A stretch of DNA of 63,982 nucleotides, filler included, from Stramenopiles sp. TOSAG23-2 (Eukaryota): assembly GCA_900128395.1 (NCBI GenBank). It is 7 parts of 7 records of this genome, joined end to end, with 100 filler letters (N's around TTAATTAATTAA, not from the genome) between each part and the next. Parts side by side here need not be neighbours in the genome. Positions count along the whole stretch, not along the records: positions 28,177 to 37,450 come from LT650112.1; positions 37,551 to 46,815 come from LT650113.1; 5 more parts are not named here. One strand, given 5' to 3'. The position numbers were made by a program, and so were the translations under genes. Each line of letters opens with the position of its first letter. Within the stretch, counting starts at the first letter, position 1. This document shows positions 33,507 to 45,900 of this stretch, one piece after another. The notes under the pieces are model-generated. The model saw nothing but the letters and a program-made list of their open reading frames with translations. It had not been told where the DNA came from and did no database searches.

Positions 33507-35812
33507 TCACTTATGCACTGATTTTATATGCCTTGATAAATTTGCTTTATTGGCATAACCATTTGGATATGCTTTTGGGCAACCAGGTATAGGACATGGG
33601 CATGCTTTTGGATCGCCTTGCACTGATTTTATATGCCTTGATAAATTTGCTTTATTGGCATAACCATTTGGATATGCTTTTGGGCAACCAGGTATAGGAC
33701 ATGGGCATGCTTTTGGATCGCCTTTTTTACGTACATGGACATTTTGGATATGATCTTTTAAATCTTGTTTCCTTGCATAACATTTATAACATTGTGGGCA
33801 CTTATGCCTACGTTCTCTTGGACCAAAACGACATGAATTTTTCTGATGTTTACTTGCATTACTACTATTTTTAAAACGTAATTTACATCCTTTTGAGGCA
33901 TATTTGCATGGATATGGTCGATCCATACCATGTGTAATTGTATGTACTTTTAAATCGTTTTTTTGTTTGAACCATTTACCACATATTTCACAACAAAACG
34001 TTTTATCTACTTTACGTATCGGCATCGTTGTTGGTTTAAAATAATCACATGGTTCATTTGTACCTCTTAATTTATTAGTACAACGTAAAATAGTTGTATC
34101 CCATAAATCAATTTCTTGATTGCAATTAAAATTAGGAGTTTAAAATAATCACATGGTTCATTTGTACCTCTTAATTTATTAGTACAACGTAAAATAGTTG
34201 TATCCCATAAATCAATTTCTTGATTGCAATTAAAATTAGGACAAAACCAACGTCGAGTTGTTTTTTTTCTACCACTTAATGTTTTTTTCGTTGTGGTATG
34301 AAGATTTATGATATCATCTATAGTAATATTTGATGTATTATTATTAGTAGTAGAAGAAGAAGAAGACGATGGGTTTCGATTGTTATTATTCATTGCCATC
34401 GTTGTTGCACTTGTATTATTATTATTATTATTATCTGTAACATGTTGATCATAAGTCATACCAGATGCTATTAATAATGCTTCAAAATTATCAAATCCAC
34501 GTAAATCATCTGAGGTGGGGGTAGTTGTAGTAGTTGCAGTTGTTGTGGTGGTAGTGGTGGTAGTGGTGGCAGTACTAGTACTACTACTACTACTATCATC
34601 GACATTATTGGATTCAACTTTTGTTTCTTCATTGGTAATATCGTCATGACTGATGCTTTGTTGTTGTTGTTGTTGTTGTTGTAGCGATGATAAAACGTTT
34701 GTTGTTGTTCCACTACTACTACTACTACTACTACTATCACAACTACTACTAGCTGTACCACTACTGATGGAATTGCCCGTTTGTGTTACATTAGGTAACG
34801 CTTCTATTAATACTACATCCTTTTCTGTTTCTTGTGTATTTTTATAATTTTTATTTTTTTTTCTACGAATGTTCTTAAAATATGGTTGCAAATGTTTACA
34901 ATATGGACATTGGTAAAAATGTTCTTGATTAATTATATTGATTACTGTTTTGATTTGTTTTTTTGAACATTTACCACAATACCATTGAAAATTTGATAAA
35001 TCACTTGTAATTAAATATTGTTTTGTTGCTGGTTTAAAATTGACTTTTAAATTTCTACTACGTTTATTCATTTGTTGTGTAGTTGTAATATAATCTTTTA
35101 TTATGACTTTATATTTTCTATTCTTTTTCTTATTGGTATTATTATTATTATTACCATTCTTAGTGTTTGGTTTATTTGTTGTTTGTCGTTTTTTCTTCTT
35201 TGTTTTCTTCTTTGTAATAGTCTTCTTCTTTGTATTTTTATTATTATTTTTATTATTATTATTTTTTGTTGTTAGTGACTTATTATATCGTCTTCTTGGT
35301 ATTGTTTGAACTGATTTTTTGATATAAGAACCACCATCCATCATCTTTTTATCATTTGGTGCCATGGTGAATAAATCAATTAAATCCTTTGCAGCTGCTT
35401 CATCGTTGTTATTGATGGATGTTGTTGATGTTGATGGTGGTGATGGTGGTGGTGGTAAATAATTGCTATATTGTAACTTTGTTTTTGGTTTAACTTTTGT
35501 ATTTACAGATATTAACGAGGATCTTATATAAAATGTATCATCGGTTGATATTGTATTATTATTGTTGTTGTTGTTGTTGTTGTTTCTTGTTGTTGTTGTT
35601 GTTGTTGGTACTGTTCGTGGTGTTGAAAACGATGATGAAGATAATAGGTTGGCATTGTTATCATTGCCTAAGATGGTATCGTTGTTGTTGATGTTGCTGC
35701 TGCTACTACTATTATTAATAGATGGATGTATTATTTTTTGTTTAGTCGTTGGTGGATAATTATCTTTCTCATTTTTGATATTCTTGCTTATTTCTGGTGC
35801 TGCACGTTTCAT
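33507..35812 (-). CDS. C2H2 zinc-finger protein with long low-complexity N-terminus (split by a duplication at ~34035-34240)
   Basis: CEICGKWFKQKNDLKVHTITH, CPQCYKCYARKQDLKDHIQNVH and further fingers; poly-N/T/S/Q tracts. Confidence 0.85.
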
Positions 35813-38024
35813 GTTTGATATTATTTTTATTGTAACACACAGTTATGTTAATGTTTAATGAAAAATTATATAGTAGAATACGTTGCAGACTTTTTCTATG
35901 TATGATATTGTTTATATAAATGACAATATATATATATATATATTATTTTTTCGTATATCAAAATGCTATAAATATTAATATAATGTATGATGCTGTGAAA
36001 TTTATATAATAATAATATACTACACAACACAATGCAAAAGAAATATTCAACAAAAGTGAAATACAATTACGATAATATTCGATAATAAATATTGTATCTC
36101 TAATTAAAAGTATTATAAAATGATTCTTGTTATCTCTTTATTTCTATTTTGTATCTTTGGCCCATTATAACTTTCCACACACACACACCTCAGGGCACAT
36201 ATGCATTTTATGGCCCGAAGGATGCTTGTCCGTCCCGTCGATATACGTATATGGCAATATTTTATGTCAATAAATCTATCGTGTTTAATATGTGTTTTAT
36301 ATTGTAAATAATGTTAATACGTAGGAAATAATTTATCAAAAATGCCATATTTGTTTCACCCTAGCTAACTTTATTTTTATAATGCTATTCCTATGTAAGG
36401 GGAACTTTAAACTTATCTTTTTTGACTGATGTGCAAAAATATTTGATATTTTTTGATAATAATATTTGATAAGAGCTATATTCTAATTTTCCTGTTTGAA
36501 GTCACTTGGTAAACGATATCTCTTACATATTATTTTGATGACGATTACTATTACTGTTATTAGACATCATGTTGTGCGTTTTTTTTTTTGTTGTTGTATT
36601 AATGATTGAAATAATGATGTAATAATAGTACTATTATGTATAAAAAATTAGAAAATCTTAATTTTTTACACTCACTTGACTTGCAACAGTTTCCTTTTTT
36701 CAAAGGAAGTCGTTTACACGTGTGCTCACTTTCTACTTAATATATATTTTCAAATATTTATATTTAGAAGTAATTCACTCTTTACTTCTTTAACTCTTTC
36801 TTTAGTTCACTTTACGCTTTATACAAATAATATTTATTCATGTATGTATATATATGTTTATAATCATCATCCCCTCATCTCGTTTCATGACAATGCATAT
36901 ATGTATGTGTTTGCCTGGTATTATTATAGATATGATGTGGGGTAAATTTTCAACCTATACACATTTGATAGGAATTTCACAATTTAACACTACATAATAG
37001 GTACCAACCACTCACGCGCTCACGCGTCGTTGGGGATTGAATAAAAAAGATATTCTTGATCATTATATATACATAGGACTTTATCGATAGCTGAGAATCG
37101 AGAGTCCTGTAGAGTGATTGGTGTGTAGTATTGTAAAAGAATTTTTTTCGTATTTTTTGATGACTAAGTTGTTAGTTTTTTTAGTAGTAGTGTTGTTTTC
37201 GTGTTGTTTTTTATGTTGTTGTTGTTTTGTTGTGTGTCGTTGCAACTTTACTACTTGCTGCTTTCCTGCAACGGCGTCGGCGGATTATTAATACCATTGT
37301 AATCAGTGTTATTTTTTGTCTGAAAGTCTGAAAGTCTATCCAAAATCCAAAACTCTGTAAAAAGCTATATGAAAATGAGTTTATTTAGCAGCTAGTATTC
37401 TAATTTCCCTTTTAAGTACAACTTAGGGCTATTGTCATTTGATTTTTGATNNNNNNNNNNNNNNNNNNNNNNNNNNNNNNNNNNNNNNNNNNNNTTAATT
37501 AATTAANNNNNNNNNNNNNNNNNNNNNNNNNNNNNNNNNNNNNNNNNNNNTTTTCTCCATGTACATTCTCTTTCTATGCAATGTATTTACATCGACGCTC
37601 GTATAAATTTAAATTATTATTGTAGTTTGTTGTTGTTTTGTGGTGGTGATCGGCGGTAGCCAAGGTAGGAAGATCGAGTTTTAGTTTAAGTTAAGGTGTA
37701 ATAATATTGCCTTATATTATACCTTAGCAATATAAATTAAAATAAATAATAATATTACCTGATAATACCATCCATCATCTATATATGTGTGAACATTTTT
37801 CTTTTTTCTGGTCGGTGTATGCTGGTATGGTAATTTTTTTTTATTATTTTTTTTCTCGAAGAAATTATTATTTTTGAATTATGAAATTATAAAATACAGG
37901 ATTGAATGAAAGATATTATATGTATAATATATTGATATTCATATATATATATATATATAAAGAAAAAAGCAGTGACTACATTTCATTTTATTTTGGGCAC
38001 AAATACATTATATAATATTTAAGG

Positions 38025-38939
38025 ATGAAAAAACAAGCTATTTTTCAGAATATTTTTTTAATAATTGCCATGGTAAAGTGTCAACCTTCTTTTAATGCTC
38101 CCAGCGCCAACTGCAGAAGTTATACTTGTAAAGGTGGTAAGAAATATTTAGCTGTGCCAAAAGGTAAAAGTAAATATAAATCTAGTGGTTGCAAGTCAAA
38201 CGGGATAAGCATGTTTGATGTTAATCAAATGGCTGGAAGAAAAGATCCTGTTACTCGGTGTTGTGATTTACGCACAGCATGTTTTTCGATATGTGGTGTG
38301 TCATATAAATATTGTGAAAAGGAGTTCAAGAAATGTTCAGTAACTTTATGCGCTCGCGAACTAGATCCAACCAAAAACGAGGCATGTACACGAAGTGCAA
38401 ATCTTTACGAAATGACTATGAAATTAGGTGGATGTAAAAATTTTGATGATTTACAAGCAGCTAATTGCGATTGTGTTATTGGTGAAAATCGATTGGAGAA
38501 GAAAAGATTGAAGGCATTAGCTACATTTTATAAGAAACATAATAAGAAATTTGCTACGGACGAAGCGAAGTTAAAAAAATTAGTTACAAAACATGGTGTC
38601 ACTAACAATAAATTTGCAAAATTAGTTTTTAAAATGGTAAAGAAATATTATCCAAAATCAATTAATGTAATTGTTGATCCACAACAAAAAATGTACGAAG
38701 AGGTAATAAAACAGCATGAAAGAGATGATGCAAAAGATGAGACTGATACACTTGATGGTTCAAGACCAGCACCATCTACAGATAAGAAAGAGGAAGAAGA
38801 AGATGATGTAGAAAATATTGAAATTGAAGAGGATGGTGCAGCAAATGTTCATGATGAAAAAAAAGAAAATGCAGAGGTAGATGTTGATGTAAACCATGAT
38901 AATGATGATGATCTAGTGATTGATTTAGATGATGAGTAA
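38025..38939 (+). CDS. Secreted group XII phospholipase A2-like protein, catalytic dyad missing; acidic tail
   Basis: Signal peptide; SGC...TRCCDLRTACFSICGVSYKYCEKEFKKC matches the group XII Cys spacing. Confidence 0.65.
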   Translation: MKKQAIFQNIFLIIAMVKCQPSFNAPSANCRSYTCKGGKKYLAVPKGKSKYKSSGCKSNGISMFDVNQMAGRKDPVTRCCDLRTACFSICGVSYKYCEKEFKKCSVTLCARELDPTKNEACTRSANLYEMTMKLGGCKNFDDLQAANCDCVIGENRLEKKRLKALATFYKKHNKKFATDEAKLKKLVTKHGVTNNKFAKLVFKMVKKYYPKSINVIVDPQQKMYEEVIKQHERDDAKDETDTLDGSRPAPSTDKKEEEEDDVENIEIEEDGAANVHDEKKENAEVDVDVNHDNDDDLVIDLDDE

Positions 38940-39160
38940 TCTATTTTTTTCTCTTGTAATTTCATACGAAGGAATTTTAAGAAGTATTTTTTTATAATAT
39001 TTTGTCCATCTTTCAGTTTAGTGAAATAGATATTATTGTCTCAGTTATTGTATTCTTTTTGGAGAGTATCATTCGTAGGAATTATCAAAATGAGTAAATT
39101 AAAAAATAAAGTTAATGCATTTAATTGATGGTTAAAATCTACACGCTTCTCGCATTTAAT

Positions 39161-39210
39161 TACGAGTACGAACTTCGTATATTATACGAAGTTCGTATAC
39201 AATACTCGTA
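39161..39210. repeat. Perfect 15-bp hairpin between convergent genes
   Basis: TACGAACTTCGTATA-T-TATACGAAGTTCGTA (39167-39197), with outer TACGAGTA/TACTCGTA. Confidence 0.85.
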
Positions 39211-39351
39211 CTACGCGTATCTTTTTCGTAAAGGAATTATCATATGAGTAAATTAAAAAAATAAAAAAGTTATGCATTAATTATACTATACGTACGCTTC
39301 GTACGTATTTTAATAAAAAATTACATGATATTTTACGATAATGCAGCAGCC

Positions 39352-41422
39352 TCAATCAATATCTACATCACCAAGTACAATTGGATTTTCTTTCTTTCCC
39401 ATCTTCTTACTTATTGGATTGTTGTTGTTGTTGCTGCTGCTACCACCACTGCTACTACCACCACCAATTTCAATTACAAATTCTTCATCCTCATCTCGAA
39501 CTTTTCGTTTTCTCCCGCTATGATCAGTATCAGTATTACCATCTTTTAACAACAAGGATCCATCGCGCTTTTTTCCTTCAAGCATCAATGTCATCTCCTT
39601 ATTGCCCTTATATCGGGCTTTTTCCAGTTTTGCAATCAGATCCACTTTTCGATCTTTTGCTGGATTAAATTTGATCCCATAACTTGCACAAACGCCCATT
39701 AGCTCCTCAGTTTCCATCATATTTAAATTGGAAGGGAGATCCTCATCATCAACGCGGCCTATGCCACTTGTATCAAATCCTGAATCTTCACCAACTGTAA
39801 CTTCTTGTGCTGTACTATTGGTCAATAACAATGGTTTGCTCGATCTTAAATGCTTTGCTAATTTGGTGATTAAATCATTTTTTGTTCCACCAGTTGGCAA
39901 ATTAAATATCTCGCATTGCGATTTCAATAACCTAACGTTTAACATCCAAAGTTGCCCGACTTGCCTGCCATTGTTTTTCCATGTGTTCAAGATCATAGCA
40001 TCTTCCTGTGCAGTCTCTTTCGACAATTGTTGCTTCTTCATCTCCTCTTGTCGTTTTAACTTCAATTTATATTGCTGCATTTTCTTTTCGTCATTGCATT
40101 TCATTAAATGATATCTCGCTGGACCAATTACATTACCTTTTGAATCTCTTCTGGTAGCATTGTCCATTTCACTTCTATGCATACCACATCTTGGACAGAC
40201 ATCGATTAAACCTTTTACAAATAGTTTTTCTTGTTGTGAATGCCTTTCTTTTTCATCTACTAATGTCGCTGTTGGTTTTCGTTGGTTGAATCGGTTTGCT
40301 CTCCGTAAACGCTGTGCTCTTTTCCTTGCTGCTTGTTCTTGTTGCTGCTTCGCTTCCTTTCGTACTTCCCTCTCACGACGTTCCGAGACATCAAAATAAT
40401 AAAATCCAAATGTACGATTGCAAGTATTATGCCCACATTTTATTTTGCGGTGATAATCACTTGCATCATAATCAAATGGTCGGTTGCAATGTGGGCAATA
40501 ATGTATTGCCGTCATGCAACCAAATAAGCTATGTATAATATGATAATTATAAACGAAAGCATATATATGTATATACATATTAGAAATAACAGTTAGAGAG
40601 CGTATTTCTACTTTAGAATATAGAATTTTTTACTTACCATGCACAACGTCCACAAACATATTGTTTAATCGCTTGCATGAAAAAATTATAGGAACCTTTT
40701 TCAAGACCAAGAAGACTTGTTCCCCATTGGATCTTACACCGAGGACAATGTATTCGTGTCTTGTAACAACCGGCATTGGAACGTTGGACACGCTGAACTT
40801 TACGCCTTTTGCCTCCATTATCATCATCATCATCTTTTGTTGGATTGGAAAGAGTATCAAATGCTATAACTAAACATTGAAATGCTCTTTTTGCTTCAGC
40901 ACTACCACCATGCTTATCAGGATGGATTTTTCTAGATAGCTTTAAATAAGCTTTTCTCATTGTACCAACGCTTGAATTCGAATCAATATGAACGCCAGAT
41001 AGAGATAATAATCCACTATGGTCATCCTGTATTTCTTGTATTGTTTGAATAAGTTGCTGTGCATCATTAGAGCTGCTACTACCTTTACTATTACTAGTAG
41101 TGCTACTACTGCTACTACTACTACCATTATTGTTATTCGTGGAACTTTCTTTTCTTTGTTTCTGCAAATGCTTGCCTAAACGTAATACAATTTCGTCTTT
41201 TGTACCAACCGGTGATAAACCTGCTGCAGCAAGTGCTTTTTTTATTTCGCCATTTGACATTTTAGTTTTCCTTATCATCATTGCCTCTTTGAAATTTAAA
41301 CACCAAGAGGAGTTTCCTTTTGAACAACCACAATCTGCACCACAAGGTATTCCAGCTTTTGCACATGGGCATGATTTACAAAGGCCACCTGATCTACAAC
41401 GGCACTTCGACATAATAATCAA
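39352..41422 (-). CDS. Cys-rich (CXC-like) + SAP + J-domain + zinc-ribbon + SAP protein, one intron (40529-40637)
   Basis: CRCRSGGLCKSCPC; GLSPVGTKDEIVLRL and NLPTGGTKNDLITKL (SAP); AYLKLSRKIHPDK (J-domain HPD). GTAAGT...TAG splicing joins the two ORFs as GRCACLFGC. Confidence 0.8.
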
Positions 41423-41856
41423 TAAATAAATTAATTAGCTATCTGATTCCTCACACACAAATTTTATACATATAAATAAATTAATTAGCAATCTGATTCT
41501 TCACACACAAATTTTATACATATTAGTATGTGTTATGAGTATTCCATCACTCATCATTAATTCATCAGTATTAATGAAATTAATAATAATATAGTTAGTT
41601 GCACAAACCAAACAACAATTCAAAAAAATGGCAGGATATATAAGTACCTAATGGTATACTACCACCAGTGGTACAGGTAGCTAGCCCTGGGCTAGCTTAG
41701 CAGCAGCTAGCCAGGCTAGCGCAGCTAAGCCTAGTAGCCAGGTAGCTCTAATCATGGTGGCAAAAGTAAAAGCCCAAGCCCAAGCCAGGCAAAAGCCAGC
41801 AAACAGAATATAATGTGTGTATGTAAAAAAGAAATATATTAAAAAAAAACATTTTT

Positions 41857-42234
41857 TTAATACTTTTCATACATAAATCGTGGCAACATTGCACGCCCTT
41901 TTATTGTAAAATATGCCTCTGGCATCTTGGAATGCTTTATCTCAATATCATTAAACTTTAAATTTGTACTTGATGGACGTTTATGTTTAGCTAATCCTAT
42001 CTTCGCTACTCTTGGAATAAAATTTTTCTTACGTACTTTTTTTGTTAAATATGATCTTAAATAATTATCCTCGTCATCTCGAGTCCATGATCGTTTCGGC
42101 CTTAAATATGATGTATTTGCATACAATCGATCATGCGGAGATTGACCTGGTGGCGCAGATGCTGGTCTTTTCCCTGAATAAATAGTAGGTTTTGATTTTA
42201 ACCCTTTTGGTTTTCTTCTTCTTAATCGTTCCAA
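41857..42234 (-). CDS. 3' fragment of a basic low-complexity protein
   Basis: No ATG; the frame is open upstream of the TTG; RPASAP motif. Confidence 0.4.
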   Translation of the reverse strand: MERLRRRKPKGLKSKPTIYSGKRPASAPPGQSPHDRLYANTSYLRPKRSWTRDDEDNYLRSYLTKKVRKKNFIPRVAKIGLAKHKRPSSTNLKFNDIEIKHSKMPEAYFTIKGRAMLPRFMYEKY

Positions 42235-42321
42235 TTTTTCTTTGCGAGTAGTAGCATCATAATATAAATCACAGCTACGGCAAAACGAAAATCACCACCA
42301 CGACCAAAAACATTAATCAAT

Positions 42322-42618
42322 TTGACTGTAGTAGAAGGTTCAGTTGGGATATCCCTTGCTAAAATTCCTGAAAGAAAAGTCGGCCTATCTATAAAACGCA
42401 TTGATAAGCATAATTATTATTTGCAAAATTATTTAAAAGGTAAGAAAGAATTAAAATTGGGTCATGTACTATACAGGATAAATGATGAATTAGTCTACAA
42501 TTATCCACCACATGAAGCAATGTCTCTATTGAAAAATTCTGGCCGTCCTATAAAATTAACTTTTTGTATCATGGATGAACTTGATAAAATAATAATCAAA
42601 AATAAGTCTAAAAAGTAA
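42322..42618 (+). CDS. 3' fragment containing a PDZ-like domain
   Basis: GSVGISL...LKLGHVLYRINDELV...AMSLLKNSGRPIKLTF fits the PDZ pattern; no ATG start. Confidence 0.55.
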   Translation: MTVVEGSVGISLAKIPERKVGLSIKRIDKHNYYLQNYLKGKKELKLGHVLYRINDELVYNYPPHEAMSLLKNSGRPIKLTFCIMDELDKIIIKNKSKK

Positions 42619-42967
42619 AAATATCACCGAAGAAGAATGGAGGGAGATAACACACACGTGTGTGGAAGAAAAGTCAGGGAATATATCATACATCATGGAT
42701 AACATAAAATTTAACCACATTTGTCATATACACAATTTAATTGTTGTGAGAAAAAATATTACACGTATATTATTCTAAAACACACAAAGTGAGATGGCGA
42801 TACTCGCAGCCAGGTAAAAGCATTTAATTAGGCCGTACACACAGGCTTATTAAACACAAGGCTTGCGAAAGAAGAGAACACACTCCTATATATATAAAAT
42901 AGTATATACGTACTAATTAATGCAATAAAATTATTTCTAATATTCTCTATCTCTCTCTAATACATAC

Positions 42968-45900
42968 TCATGTCAATCCAAATCCACTATTACTTCGTAT
43001 AGAATATAAGATCTTCTCTTTTAATGTCTTCTTGCTTTTATAATCTGGCAATTTTAAAATATTAAAACAAGTCGATGCGCTAGGTAATTTTTCCCCAGTT
43101 GGATTAGGAACCCATTGTATGGTAAATTTAGGTTCTAATTGTGAAAAGCCTAATGGCGGCGCTCTTTCGCAGCTTGTAACAAAATGTAGAAATTTTTGAC
43201 GATCTTGTTGATTAAACGAACGCAATACATCCCACAAGATTCGAACGGTTGGGCTAAGTGATGAATATCCACCTACATACTTTGTATACTGCTGCAGTTC
43301 ATCAATATTAATGGTTTTATTAATACCAGATATTACAGATTGCAACTCGTTCTCACTAAAAAGGCCGAGCCAAGACACTGGGATAACATCGCGCATACCG
43401 TTTATAAATGCATTGCATTGTGGTCGCAATTTCACATTCAACCGATAATGCGCAACCATGTAAATGTAACGTAACTTGTTCTCATTTGTGACAGGGATGT
43501 TCTCTCCATTCTTTATCAATGGAACCTCTTTGTGTGTTCCAAGCGCTGTATCAATTGCCGTAAATGCAAGTGCAAGGTCATCAACATCACCTTCATAATT
43601 TTTTAAAAACATTAAATTTTTATATAATTCTGGATCAAGGGTTGGAAGATCTGATAGTGTATTTGTTTTTCCAAGCAATTTTCGAAGGAAAAAAAAAGTA
43701 AAATTAGGATTTACAACAATTCCTTCAAACATTGCCTTCCCTAAAACTCGGCCAAGAAATTCATATAATTCCAAGCTATTATTATGCAAAAGAGATGCTG
43801 TTGGAGATGGGTACATCAAATGACCTTCCGTTAATGCCCAAAGGCCGTAATTAATATTAAATGCGATTTTGCTCAAACTTGTCCAAAACTCTTTAAACAA
43901 ACCACCAGCATCAATACCGCTTTCCTCATTCCCATAATTATCAATGAAATTAACATATAGACGTTGCCTTATACGAGGGCCTAAACGATTCAAATGTTTA
44001 AAGCCATCTTCGAACACTTGACTTCGTTTGATTCGGACACGAATAGGCTGTATTGTTTCGCCCTGCATGCTATCTCGAGCCTCTTTAATAATATGATTGA
44101 ATAGTCTTAATCGATCGACAAATGGCACTGTAAAGGGTACTGCTTGTAAAAAGTAGTGCGCTGTCAAGGCTTGCAATCTTTTCGTATGTTCCCACGCAGC
44201 ACCTTTCAATGATGTATTTTTACCGATAGCCTCCAATGCACCGATAGTCAACAAATGGACAAAATGATCTCCTTTACCCATTCGTTTGTTTAAATCTTCA
44301 ATCAACCATGTTTTATTATTGCAAAATGCTTGCCTGGAATTACGATCATATAATGCTTTCATCAATGATGTCAATAGCAGGCGTAAACGTAATGCGTATG
44401 GCACGTAAGACAACAAATGCGACGACGATGACTTCATACTTTTAGGTGAACCTTTTCCACTTTTTAAATTCCATGATTTATAATCTAAAAGAACATCTTC
44501 CGTTTCCCAAAACATCTTGTAAATAATAACTTTTGCACGCAATATATACCTAATTAGAGATGCAATTGGGACCGGTTTTTGTAATGTGTATAAATCATTA
44601 TCATCCAACACTGTAAATATATGATTATAAACACAAGTAAATAAGCCAATCATAGCCAGTACACCGGAGCATTGACACGCATTTGTGCCAAGAATATTTG
44701 TACTGTCATTTTTTGATAATATGTACTTATTGATATCATCAGTTGTTTCTAAATACGCCCATACAACTGGTGCAAATTTAGTCCTATACGCTAACGTATT
44801 CAATAAGTTAAAAGAAACCATTTGCGTCGACATGCCAGGCCACCAGCGCCATAAAATTTTCATATACAGAGAACAAAATGCATCAACATGTTGTGGTTCA
44901 CTATTAATATATATTTTACTGGCATTGGTGTCACCTAATGCTGCTTTGTCATCCTTTTGTATATTTCTTTTGTTTCCTTTTGAATATCTACTTTTTTTCC
45001 TGCCTTTTTGAGATTCCTTTTCATTATAATTATTATTATTATTCACATGGCCTTCATCATCCCATGTATCTAAAGAAACATCTTGCTTTTTACCAACAAA
45101 TACTTTCTTGGCCCATGATGCAGATTTAACAAATCGACCCCAAACACCTTTTCTTGCAGTTTCTTCCTCAGTCGTCAAATCTTTTTCTAATATCGTATAT
45201 TCATATATACGTTTAGTTACAGTAGGATTTGGTTCCCACGTAGTGGGTAATAAATATTTCATTAAAAAATTTACAGTATTTGAAGATATCATAACGTGAA
45301 GTTGCCTTACTACTAACGTCGGCAAACGAAAGCTACTTTGTCTAGAAGTTTTGGAAGAGCTTCTTACCTTTTTAACTATAATGAATTCTGTATCAGCCTC
45401 GTAGGTTGATGTAGGCAAGTAATCCGCCAATGTAAAAATAAATTTGCACATGGATATTAAATCCGTTTGTAGTTTCGAAATTAAAATTTGTCTTGTACTG
45501 GCACAACTTGCGTTATCAATGCCTGTTTCGCAATGTGCTTTATATGCATCAAACAATGCGCATATATTCGATGTTATTGACAAATAAATGTTACAATGTA
45601 ATATTTCTCCCTGATCCATAATATTACGTAAATCTTTACCAGCAAATATTTTACCCCATTTTTCTTTTTGTATCAAATCAGAATATATATTTAAAAAATA
45701 TTCTTTCGTATCTTTCATACATATACAAAATGTAAAAAAATATGGGATGGAGAAGAACATGCCTAATATGACTGAATAAAATTCCATCTTATTTTCAGTA
45801 TTATTTGTGTTTTTTTCATTTCCTGAAGGAATATTCTCAAACAGTTGACCAATTTTGATAACAGGCATTATACTATTAGATAATAGTGTTTTCAAATTAT

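Noticed and set aside
34471-35759. Short poly-Leu/Val/Cys ORFs
   Set aside because: Antisense or off-frame readings of trinucleotide tracts in the zinc-finger gene; the same applies to similar short ORFs inside other long genes.
37100-37450. Terminal inverted repeats of a 6.4-kb transposon (with 31011-31361)
   Set aside because: No transposase lies between them, the enclosed genes are ordinary host genes, and the second copy ends at the contig edge, as expected for an amplification chimera or unresolved repeat.
39171-39193. loxP-like site (AACTTCGTATA-T-TATACGAAGTT matches 11 of 13 bp of each loxP arm)
   Set aside because: The spacer is 1 bp instead of 8 and the arms extend as an ordinary hairpin; treated as coincidence.
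41675-41800. GCTAGC/AGCC-rich patch
   Set aside because: No defined repeat unit or fold could be established; at most a promoter-proximal low-complexity tract.
42234-42322. Divergent gene pair with a tiny shared promoter
   Set aside because: Both frames lack an ATG and stay open into each other; more likely an inversion chimera joining two gene fragments.
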